From Dehalococcoidia bacterium (lineage in GTDB: Bacteria > Chloroflexota > Dehalococcoidia > UBA2979), in the NCBI GenBank assembly GCA_009692765.1, contig SHYQ01000003.1, positions 1-50,335 on the forward strand: a stretch of DNA of 50,335 nt. Direction: 5' to 3'. The translations under genes were made by a program, and so were the position numbers. A model generated the notes under the pieces. The model had not been told where the DNA came from. It saw only the letters and a program-made list of their open reading frames with translations, and searched no databases. Below, one piece after another: positions 9,159 through 17,050 of this stretch (its first letter is position 1; each line of letters starts with the position of its first letter).

Positions 9159-11687
9159 TTACCCCCGCAACTCCGCGCCGAACTCCCGTTCGAGGCGCTT
9201 CAGGAGCCGCGCCTGCTCCTTGTTCGCGTCCTCCGAGGTGAGCGTGCGATTGGGGGTCTGGTAGCGGATCGAGAAGGCGACCGACTTCTTGCCCGCAGCC
9301 AGCCGCCCGCCACGGAAGACATCGAAGACGCGCGCCGAGGCGACCAGCGGTGAGCCCTCGATGATGGCGACGACCGCGCCTGCCGCCACGCTCTCGTCGA
9401 GCACCAGCGCCAGGTCCTGCTCCACGGCGGGGAAGCGCGACACGGTACGCACGGCGGCGCGTTCCGGCGCAGCCTCGATCAGCCGCGCGACGTCGATGTC
9501 GAACAGCACGACCGGGCGCTCGATGTCGAACGCGGCGAGCGTGTCCGGGTGCACCTCGCCGACGACGCCGATCTCAGTGGCGCCGATCTTCAGGCGCGCG
9601 ACGCGATTCGGCGTGAAGCCGAACTCTGTGCCCGCTTCGTAGGTGACGGACAGACGCAGTGCGGCGAACGCGGCGTCGAGGATGCCCTTCGCGTCGAAGA
9701 AGTCGAGCGCGCGGTCGGTCGGGCGGTTCCAGCGGTCGATCTCGACGCCAGCGACGGCGCCGGTGACGTGCTCGCGCTCCTCGGGCAGCGTGCCGTCATG
9801 CGTGGGGAGGAAGATGCGCGCGGCCTCGAAGATCGCGACGGCGTCCGCCTCGGCGCGGAGGCTGCGCTCCACCGTCTCGAGGATCGCGTGGCGCAGCGTG
9901 GGGCGCATCACCTCGCGGTCGGCGGAGAGCGTGTTGCGCAGGCGCAGCGGGCGGATCGCGGCGAGCGCATCCGGCGCGATTACGCGCGCCAGCACATCGT
10001 TGGTGGTGAGCGAGTAGGTGATGATCTCCTGCATCCCCGCCCCGGCCAGCGCGTCGCGCAGGCGCTCGCGGAGGTCGAGCAGCGGGCTCGGCTCCCACTC
10101 GGGGATCGCGCCCTCGATGGCGGCGGGCGGCAGGCGGTCGTAGCCCGCGAGGCGCACCACCTCCTCCGCGAGGTCGTCCGGAATGGCGATATCCGTGCGC
10201 CACCACGGCGCGCGCACGCGGAACGCGCCGTCCGCGCGCCCGCCGTCGCTTTCGAGGAACGTGAAGCCGAGCGTGCGGAGGATCGCGGCGACCTCCGCGG
10301 TTGGAACGTGAACGCCGATCAGCGTGTCCAGGCGCGCGCGCGTCAGCGTGACCTCGGCGGGCGCGAGGGGCGCGGGGTAGGCGTCCACGTTTCCCTGCCG
10401 CGCGGTGCCGCCGCAAAGTTCGACGAACAACTTCGTGGCGCGGCGCGAGGCGTGCGCGGCGAGTTCCGGCGACAGCCCGCGCTCGAAGCGCGACGAAGCC
10501 TCGGATCGCAGCGCGAGGCGGAACGAGGTGCGGCGGATGCTCACCGGGTCGAAGCGCGCCGCCTCGAGGAGCACGCGCGTGGTGCCCTCGGTGACTTCGG
10601 TGGACGCGCCGCCCATCACCCCGGCGAGCGCGATCGGGCCGCTGTCGTCGGTGATCAGCAGCGTGTCCGGCGTCAGCGCGCGGTCGACGCCATCGAGGGT
10701 GCGCAGCGCCTCGCCGGGGCGCGCGAGGCGGACGCCAACGGCGCCCTGCACGCGGTCGGCGTCGAAGGCGTGCAGCGGCTGGCCGAGTTCGAGCATGACG
10801 TAGTTGGTGATGTCGACAACGTTGTTGATCGGGCGCATCCCCGCCGCGCGCAGCCGCTCCTGCATCCACTCCGGCGAGGGGCCGACGCGCACGCCCTCGA
10901 TCAGCGTCGCGATGTAGCGGGCGCAGAGCGTGGGGTTTTCGATGCGCACGTCGAGCGCGCCCGCGATCGCCGGGCCCGCCTCGACGTAGGTCTCGTCGGG
11001 CTCGCGCAGCATGGGCATGCCGAAGAGGCCCGTGGCGGCGGCGACATGCCCGATGATCGCGCTCGCGATGTCGCCCGGGATGCCGAGGCCCGCGGCCACC
11101 TCCTGCGACCGCGCGCCGCCGAGGATCGCGGCGATCTCGCGGGCGATGCCGACGAGGTTCATCGTGTCGGCGCGGTTCGGCCAGACGTGGACGTCGAGGA
11201 TCGTGTCGCCGAGCACGTCGGCGACCGGCGTGCCGATGGGCGTGCCCTCGGGGAGCACGATGATGCCCGCGTGCTCCTGCGAGAGGCCAAGCTCCATCTC
11301 CGAGAGCACCATGCCCGCCGAGACGACGCCGCGGATCGTGCCGCGCTTGAGGCGCGACGGCTTGCCGGTGTGGCCATCGATGAGGTCCGCGCCCTCGCGG
11401 GCGAAGGCGATGCGCTGGCCCTGCGCGACGTTCGGCGCGCCGCAGACGACGCGCATCGGCGCCTCGCCGCCGTAGTCGACGGTGACGAGGCGCAGGCGGT
11501 CGGCGTCGGGGTGCGGCTCGACCGCCAGCACGTGGCCAACGCGCACCAGGTCGCGGTCCCACGCGCCGACGCGGTGGATGCCCTCCACCTCCGCGCTCGC
11601 CATCGTCAGGCGGTGCGCGAGGTCGTCGACATCGAGGTCGGCCGGGAGGTCGACGTAGTCGCGGAGCCAGTTGAGGGAGACGAGCAT
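9159..11687 (-). CDS. pheT: Phenylalanine--tRNA ligase beta subunit
   Basis: MLVSLNWLRDYV start, VVCGAPN, PNRAD, NNVVDITNYVMLELGQPLHAFD, SRFERG, SRFPAVEQDLA; track ORF over-extends upstream. Confidence 0.96.
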   Translation of the reverse strand: MLVSLNWLRDYVDLPADLDVDDLAHRLTMASAEVEGIHRVGAWDRDLVRVGHVLAVEPHPDADRLRLVTVDYGGEAPMRVVCGAPNVAQGQRIAFAREGADLIDGHTGKPSRLKRGTIRGVVSAGMVLSEMELGLSQEHAGIIVLPEGTPIGTPVADVLGDTILDVHVWPNRADTMNLVGIAREIAAILGGARSQEVAAGLGIPGDIASAIIGHVAAATGLFGMPMLREPDETYVEAGPAIAGALDVRIENPTLCARYIATLIEGVRVGPSPEWMQERLRAAGMRPINNVVDITNYVMLELGQPLHAFDADRVQGAVGVRLARPGEALRTLDGVDRALTPDTLLITDDSGPIALAGVMGGASTEVTEGTTRVLLEAARFDPVSIRRTSFRLALRSEASSRFERGLSPELAAHASRRATKLFVELCGGTARQGNVDAYPAPLAPAEVTLTRARLDTLIGVHVPTAEVAAILRTLGFTFLESDGGRADGAFRVRAPWWRTDIAIPDDLAEEVVRLAGYDRLPPAAIEGAIPEWEPSPLLDLRERLRDALAGAGMQEIITYSLTTNDVLARVIAPDALAAIRPLRLRNTLSADREVMRPTLRHAILETVERSLRAEADAVAIFEAARIFLPTHDGTLPEEREHVTGAVAGVEIDRWNRPTDRALDFFDAKGILDAAFAALRLSVTYEAGTEFGFTPNRVARLKIGATEIGVVGEVHPDTLAAFDIERPVVLFDIDVARLIEAAPERAAVRTVSRFPAVEQDLALVLDESVAAGAVVAIIEGSPLVASARVFDVFRGGRLAAGKKSVAFSIRYQTPNRTLTSEDANKEQARLLKRLEREFGAELRG

Positions 11688-11690
11688 GCG

Positions 11691-11788
11691 GGAACCCTCC
11701 CCCCTGCCCTCTCCCGCTCCGCGGGCGAGGGTTCTGAATCTGGCCCCCTCTCCCGCGAAGCGGGAGAGGGTTGGGGGGAGGGTCTTCC
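11691..11788 (+). repeat. Dispersed two-hairpin palindromic repeat, copy A (REP-like)
   Basis: Outer stem CCCTCCCCCC/GGGGGGAGGG enclosing CCCTCTCCC..GGGCGAGGG, core GGTTCTGA, and CCCTCTCCC..GGGAGAGGG. Confidence 0.85.
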
Positions 11789-11801
11789 CCTCCCGCCCCC
11801 G

Positions 11802-11840
11802 GAACTGCGCCCCGCTAGAACTGCGCCCTAGAACTGGGCG
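11802..11840. repeat. Degenerate triplication of the pheS 3' end
   Basis: GAACTGCGCCCCGCTA / GAACTGCGCCCTA / GAACTGGGCG. Confidence 0.75.
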
Positions 11841-12874
11841 AGGAAGCGCGGGTCGTTGCTGTAGAAGGCGCGGATGTCGGTGATGCCGTACTTCAGCATG
11901 GCGATGCGCTCCACGCCCATCCCCGCGGCGAAGCCGGTGTAGCGCGTGGAGTCGAACCCCGCGGCGTCGAGGATCTCCGGGTGCACCATGCCCGCGCCCA
12001 TGATCTCGATCCAGCCGGAGCCGCGACAGACGGCGCACGCCGGGTCGTTGCCGGGGCAGGCGAAGCAGTCCACCGAGAGCTCCACGCCCGGCTCCACGAA
12101 CGGGAAGTAGGAGTTGCGCATCAGCACGCGCCGCTGCGGCCCGAACATCTGCCGCGCGAACTCCTGCAGCGTGCCCTTGAGGTTCGCCATCGACAGTCCC
12201 TCGTCGACGGCGAGCAGTTCGACCTGCTGCATCATCCACTCGTGCGTGGCGTCCGTGGCCTCGTAGCGGTAGCAGCGGCCCGGCACGGCGATGCGGATCG
12301 GCGGCTCGTGCGCCTCGATGTAGCGGATCTGCATCGGGCTGGTGTGCGTGCGGAGAAGCATGGCGGGATCCGAGGGCGACTCGCGCTCCAGCCAGAACGT
12401 GTCCCACATGTCGCGTGCCGGGTGGTGCTCCGGGATGCGTAGGTGGCCGAAGTTGTACTCGTCCAGCTCCACCTCGGGGCCCTCGACGGTGGCGAAGCCG
12501 AGGCGCGCGAAGATGTCGAGGATCTCGCGGCGCACCTGCGTGACCGGGTGCAGCCGCCCGCGGCGCGCCGGGCGGCCCGGCAGCGTGACGTCCAGCGCCT
12601 CCACCGAGGCGAGCGCGGCGCGGCGCAGCGCCTCGCGCCGGGCCTCCAGCGCCGCCTCCAGCGCCTGCTTCGCGATGTTCGCGGCGGCGCCCACGGCGCG
12701 GCGCTCCTCCTCCGGCAGCGCGCCGAGGCCGCGCAGCACGCCGGTGAGCGTCCCCGACCGCCCGAGGACGCCCGTGCGCCACGCCTCGAGGGCCGCCTCG
12801 TCAGCCGCCCCCGCGAGGCGCTTGCGCGCCTCCGCTTCCACCGCCGCCACCGTGCCGAGCGAGGTCGAGGTCAT
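11828..12874 (-). CDS. pheS: Phenylalanine--tRNA ligase alpha subunit
   Basis: [52 protein letters not shown]. Confidence 0.96.
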   Translation of the reverse strand: MTSTSLGTVAAVEAEARKRLAGAADEAALEAWRTGVLGRSGTLTGVLRGLGALPEEERRAVGAAANIAKQALEAALEARREALRRAALASVEALDVTLPGRPARRGRLHPVTQVRREILDIFARLGFATVEGPEVELDEYNFGHLRIPEHHPARDMWDTFWLERESPSDPAMLLRTHTSPMQIRYIEAHEPPIRIAVPGRCYRYEATDATHEWMMQQVELLAVDEGLSMANLKGTLQEFARQMFGPQRRVLMRNSYFPFVEPGVELSVDCFACPGNDPACAVCRGSGWIEIMGAGMVHPEILDAAGFDSTRYTGFAAGMGVERIAMLKYGITDIRAFYSNDPRFLAQF

Positions 12875-12962
12875 GCGGGGGAGTTTAGCGCGAGGGGGGC
12901 TTAGGGGGAGCCTGACGTTCCCCGTGTGCGCTGTTTCACAATGCCCTGCTAGACTGCGCGAA

Positions 12963-13154
12963 ACCACCGAGTAGTTCCGTCACCACGTACGGCGTGCCGC
13001 CCTCCTCACCAATCTCGAAGATGGTGACGACGTGCGGGTGCGTGCCCATCCGCCCCATCGCCTGCGCTTCCCGTGTGATTCGCTCACGACCCGTGGCATC
13101 GAGGCCCTCGGTCTTGATCAGCGCGAACGCCACGTCCCGATCCAGCAGCGCATC
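12963..13154 (-). pseudogene. Remnant of a Hanks-type Ser/Thr protein kinase (subdomains II-V)
   Basis: DALLDRDVAFALIKTEGLD...[40 protein letters not shown]; no Gly loop, no HRD/DFG. Confidence 0.75.
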
Positions 13155-13208
13155 CCCCGAAAGAAGCGCAACGCTGAGTGCGGCGGCCGCTTCCGCCTGA
13201 CTCGCCCC

Positions 13209-14093
13209 CTACCCCTCCGCCCCCAACCACCTCGACGCGGCGTCGATGAAGAGACGGGCGTCCGAGGTGGTCCACTGGGACGGCGTGGGGCCGAAGAGCG
13301 ACTCGATCATGTGCTGCTGCTCGAAGGCCGGGAGGTAGGCGCCCTCCAGGTAGCGCACCACCTGCTGCATGCGCGGGCCGGGTGCCTCGGCGGCGTAGGT
13401 GCGCGCGGGGACGTTCCACAGCAGGCACTCCAGGAAGTACGAGGGCACGCGGCCGCGCTCCAGCGCCAGCACGTCCTGCAGGTAGTCGCGCATCTGCCGC
13501 GCCGTGCGCACCGTCGCGCGGTAGCGCCCCTCCGTCTCGCGGTCCTTCAGCGCGCCGTTGTCGCGATGCAGCCGCGGGTAGTGCACCACCTGCTCGAAGC
13601 CGCGCGTGAAGTACGTGATCCCCGCCGTCCACCCGCCCAGCCCGCTGTAGTGGCGGTACGGCAGCGCCGCGATCACCTCGGCGGGGGGGCCGGGCGCGGT
13701 CACGGAGAGCGAGGTGTGCATCACCCGCAGCGCGTGCCGGCCATCGCGCACCGCGCCGGGGAACGCCGCCTGCAGCGCCGCCTGCACCTCGCCGCGAAAC
13801 TGCCAGTAGTCCCACGACCCCGCCGTGCCGTCGCCCTCGATGCTCTGGCGCGTGAGGTCGCTGACGTGCGGCGTGTACCCGGTCAGGTAGGCTGTGCCGC
13901 TCTCGATCACCACGTCCACCGGCTCGTCGGCGCGGATCAGCGTGTCCGAGGCGTGCGCGCCCTGCAGGTAGACGCGCACGTTGCGCGCCGCCAGCGCCGG
14001 GGAGGCGAGCAGCGCGTCCCGCACCACCTCGAAGGTGCGCTGGCCCGGCGCGTGGTCGGCGGGCGGCTCCCACGCGACGAGCAGGCTATCCAT
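13209..14093 (-). CDS. CD-NTase (cGAS/DncV-like, CdnE-type) homolog with degenerate catalytic motif
   Basis: YLQGAHASDTLIRADEPVDVVI aligns to family (F/Y)LQGSY.N.TN(I/V)..(D/E)SDVD; also QFRGEVQAAL, AEVIA, HYPRLHRDNG..K, PSYFLECLLWNVP, LFG..P.QW. Start trimmed to ATG 14093 (294 aa). Confidence 0.8.
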   Translation of the reverse strand: MDSLLVAWEPPADHAPGQRTFEVVRDALLASPALAARNVRVYLQGAHASDTLIRADEPVDVVIESGTAYLTGYTPHVSDLTRQSIEGDGTAGSWDYWQFRGEVQAALQAAFPGAVRDGRHALRVMHTSLSVTAPGPPAEVIAALPYRHYSGLGGWTAGITYFTRGFEQVVHYPRLHRDNGALKDRETEGRYRATVRTARQMRDYLQDVLALERGRVPSYFLECLLWNVPARTYAAEAPGPRMQQVVRYLEGAYLPAFEQQHMIESLFGPTPSQWTTSDARLFIDAASRWLGAEG

Positions 14094-14172
14094 GACGCAC
14101 TCGGATGCTGTCTGGCACGCTGCTCCTCCGCTCGACGGGTCGCGGGCGATTGTCCCACGCCCCCGATGCCCG

Positions 14173-14265
14173 CGCGCCCTCACCCTCCCCTCTCCCCGCA
14201 CGGGGCGAGGGTTCTGATCCCCCTCCCTCTCCCACTGCGTGGGAGAGGGAGGGGGTGAGGGCGCG
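14173..14265 (+). repeat. Dispersed two-hairpin palindromic repeat, copy B
   Basis: CGCGCCCTCACCC...GGGTGAGGGCGCG outer stem, same GAGGGTTCTGA core; imperfect inverted repeat extends to about 14143-14295. Confidence 0.85.
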
Positions 14266-14370
14266 TCACGGGGATCGCGGGACGATCGTCCCGCGCCCCG
14301 CTCGCCCCGCAACGAGAACAGCGCGCTACGATCTGGGCACACCGCGCGCAGCGTTGAGGGGAGGCCAGCG

Positions 14371-14619
14371 ATGATTCGGAGCTACGTACTGATCGAGACC
14401 GAGGTGGGCACCACCCACTCCGTGGGCGACACGATCCGCCACATCCGCTCCGCGCACGGCCGCATCACCTCGGTGGACACCGTCACCGGCCCGTACGACG
14501 TGATCGTGCAGGTGGAGGCGGAGGACCTGGACCACCTCGGCAAGACGATCACCAGCGAGGTGGCCACGGTGCCCGGCGTCCAGCGCACCACGACGTGCCT
14601 CTCGGTGAACCTCGCGTAA
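14371..14619 (+). CDS. Stand-alone Lrp/AsnC ligand-binding (RAM) domain protein
   Basis: YVLIETEVG...VTGPYDVIVQVEAEDLDHL...VPGVQRTTT, 82 aa, no HTH; GGAGG upstream of ATG 14371. Confidence 0.85.
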   Translation: MIRSYVLIETEVGTTHSVGDTIRHIRSAHGRITSVDTVTGPYDVIVQVEAEDLDHLGKTITSEVATVPGVQRTTTCLSVNLA

Positions 14620-14655
14620 GCGGTACGGGGGGCGGGGAGCGACCCTCCGCTCGGA

Positions 14656-14746
14656 GCCCTTCACCCTGCCCTCTCCCGCTTCGCAGGCGAGGGTTCTGAG
14701 TCCGGCCCCCTCTCCTGCGGAGCGGGAGAGGGCGGGGGTGAGGGCG
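14656..14746 (+). repeat. Dispersed two-hairpin palindromic repeat, copy C
   Basis: Closely similar to copy A: CACCCTGCCCTCTCCCGCT..GGCGAGGGTTCTGAGTCCGGCCCCCTCTCC..GGGAGAGGG..GGGTGAGGGC. Confidence 0.85.
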
Positions 14747-14776
14747 TCGTCCGCGCCTGCAAGGTAACATCGCCAC

Positions 14777-16210
14777 ATGACGAACGACCCCACCAGCGAG
14801 CCGAACCTCGAAGAACTCACCTACTCCGCGACGCGCACCGGCACGCGCAGCATCCTCCCCGACAACATGATCTCGGTGGAGGAGGCCCGCGCGCGCATCC
14901 TCGAGGTCTTCGACGTGCTGCCGGGGGTGGAGACGCCGCTTGACGAGACGCAGGGTCTGGTGCTGGCGCAGAACGTCGTCGCCGGCGTCACCATCCCGCC
15001 GCTCCCCAACACCGGCATGGACGGCTACGCCGTGCGCGCGGACGACACCGCCGGCGCCGCGTACGACCGGCCTCGCACGCTGCGCGTCATCGGCTACCTC
15101 GCAGCGGGCGCGGTGTTCGACGGCGAGGTGCGCGCGGGCGAGGCGGTGCGCATCATGACCGGCGCGCCGCTGCCCCCCGGCACCGACGCCGTCGTCCCCT
15201 TCGAGGAGACGGACGAGTACGACTCGTCGACCTCCGACTCGAAGTACACGCAGGGCCAGTGGCAGCAGACCCCGCGCGACGAAGTGCGCATCGACGTCGA
15301 GGCGAAGCCCGGCGCGAACGTCCGCCAGGCCGGCGAGGACATCGCCGCGGGGGAGATGGTGCTGCGCGCGGGCACGGTCATCGGCCCGGCGCAGATCGGC
15401 GTACTCGCCTCGATCGGCCTCGACTGCGTGCGCGTGCACCGCCGCCCCGTCGTCGCCGTGCTGTCGACGGGCGACGAGTTACTGCGACCCGGCCAGCCGC
15501 TCACCCCCGGCAAGATCTACGACGCCAACGCCTTCTCGCTGGCCGCGCAGGTGCGCGCCTTCGGCGGCGTCCCGCGCATCCTCGATGTCGCGCTCGACAC
15601 CATCGAGGCGCTCACCGCGCGCATCCACGAGGGCCTGGCGGACGCTGACCTGCTGGTCACCAGCGCTGGCGTCTCGCGCGGCGACTTCGATGTGGTGAAG
15701 ACGGTGCTCGCCGCGGAGGGGCGCGTGGGCTTCTGGACCGTGCGTATGAAGCCGGGCAAACCGCTCGCCTTCGGTACCTTCCACGCGCCGCAGAACCGCC
15801 GCGTCCCGCACCTCGGCCTGCCCGGCAACCCCGTATCCGCGATGATGACCTTCGAACTCTTCGGGCGCGCGGCGATCTTCAAGATGCTGGGCCGCCTCGT
15901 GCACGACGCTGAGGCGTGGCGACGCCCCACCGTCCGCGCGACCGCCCTCGACGCGATCCGCAACACCGACGGCCGCCGCTTCTACGCGCGCTGCCACGCG
16001 TCGCAGGACGCCACGGGCCGCTGGAGCGTGCGCCTCACCGGGCCGCAGGGCTCGGGCGTCCTCACCTCCATGTCGCTCGCCAACGCCTACGCCATCTGCC
16101 CGGAGGACCGCGACGTGATCGCCCCCGGCGAGGAGTGCGAGGTGATGCTCGTCGACCGCGAGTCGCCGCCCCGCCAGCCGCTTCCGGCGGACGCGCCCGA
16201 CCGGGCGTGA
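14777..16210 (+). CDS. moeA: Molybdopterin molybdenumtransferase MoeA
   Basis: MDGYAVR, RIMTGAPLPPGTDAVV, LSTGDEL, MKPGKPL, GLPGNPVS. Confidence 0.93.
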   Translation: MTNDPTSEPNLEELTYSATRTGTRSILPDNMISVEEARARILEVFDVLPGVETPLDETQGLVLAQNVVAGVTIPPLPNTGMDGYAVRADDTAGAAYDRPRTLRVIGYLAAGAVFDGEVRAGEAVRIMTGAPLPPGTDAVVPFEETDEYDSSTSDSKYTQGQWQQTPRDEVRIDVEAKPGANVRQAGEDIAAGEMVLRAGTVIGPAQIGVLASIGLDCVRVHRRPVVAVLSTGDELLRPGQPLTPGKIYDANAFSLAAQVRAFGGVPRILDVALDTIEALTARIHEGLADADLLVTSAGVSRGDFDVVKTVLAAEGRVGFWTVRMKPGKPLAFGTFHAPQNRRVPHLGLPGNPVSAMMTFELFGRAAIFKMLGRLVHDAEAWRRPTVRATALDAIRNTDGRRFYARCHASQDATGRWSVRLTGPQGSGVLTSMSLANAYAICPEDRDVIAPGEECEVMLVDRESPPRQPLPADAPDRA

Positions 16211-16220
16211 GCGCGTCCGC

Positions 16221-16739
16221 GTGACGGTCGCGATCCTGCGCGTCGTCGGCCCACCCGGCTCGGGCAAGACGCTGCTCATCGTGTCGCTCGCGGAGGCGCT
16301 GCGCTCGCGCGGCCACCGCGTCGCGACTGTTGTGCGCCGCCTGCTCCCGGGCCGCGAGGCCGCGACCGTCATCGTGCTCTCGAACAGCGGCCGCGTGACG
16401 AACGAGCAGTTGCTCACCCTCGAGCGCCTGCGCGCGCTCATGCCCTCGATCGATCCCAGCGTCGACATCATCCTCGCCGAGGGCTACGACGACGCGGCGT
16501 TCCCCGCGATCGCATGCGTCCCGCGCGGCGGAGACCACAGCGGCGACGCAATCGCATTCGTGGTGACCGAGGAGATCGCGGCGACGTTCGCGCGACTGGG
16601 TCCCGGGGATATGGGCGACACGAACAGCCTCATCGACCTCGTGGAGCAGCGCGTCCTCGGCCTACCGCCTCGCGAGGTGGCGCCGCCGAGCCGGACCGGC
16701 GGATGGCGCGGCGTGTTGCGGCGGCTGCGCGGACGATAG
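16221..16739 (+). CDS. MobB-like P-loop protein (divergent)
   Basis: GPPGSGKT..L.EALRSRGHRVA, DIILAEGY; directly after moeA. Confidence 0.65.
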   Translation: MTVAILRVVGPPGSGKTLLIVSLAEALRSRGHRVATVVRRLLPGREAATVIVLSNSGRVTNEQLLTLERLRALMPSIDPSVDIILAEGYDDAAFPAIACVPRGGDHSGDAIAFVVTEEIAATFARLGPGDMGDTNSLIDLVEQRVLGLPPREVAPPSRTGGWRGVLRRLRGR

Positions 16740-16757
16740 GGCGTGGGCCGACAGCGG

Positions 16758-17039
16758 CTAGATCACCGCCTCGAAGCCCGGGTGGGCGCGCGTTGGTTCC
16801 TCCCAGCGGAACGTCACTTCGTCGACGCGGGCGAACGTGGGGCCTTCGCGCAGGCGCTCGACGAACTGGCGCAGGATCGACTCGTCACCCTCCGCCAGCA
16901 CCTCGACGCGGCCGTCGGGGAGGTTCTTCGCGTAGCCCGTGACGCCCAGACGCGTCGCCTCGTAGGCGCAGAAGGCGCGATAGCCCACGCCCTGCACGCG
17001 CCCCCGCGCGAGGGCGATGATCTGACGTTCGCGTGCCAT
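16758..17039 (-). CDS. acyP: Acylphosphatase
   Basis: GRVQGVGYR, GYAKNLPDGRVEV; C-terminal part of track ORF 16758..18224. Confidence 0.92.
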   Translation of the reverse strand: MARERQIIALARGRVQGVGYRAFCAYEATRLGVTGYAKNLPDGRVEVLAEGDESILRQFVERLREGPTFARVDEVTFRWEEPTRAHPGFEAVI

Positions 17040-17050
17040 CGTGCTCCCCG

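Noticed and set aside
9159-12782. 1207-aa ORF suggesting a giant PheT or PheS-PheT fusion
   Set aside because: The extra N-terminal part is an off-frame reading of pheS plus the repeat. pheS has its own TAG at 11828, and PheT homology starts at ATG 11687.
13209-14619. Complete CBASS operon
   Set aside because: No Cap effector (patatin, endonuclease-SAVED, TM, TIR) or Cap2/3/6/7/8 gene is adjacent, and the synthase motif is degenerate.
11691-14746. Possible CRISPR array
   Set aside because: The repeats are ~90 bp, irregularly spaced by whole genes, and no cas genes are present.
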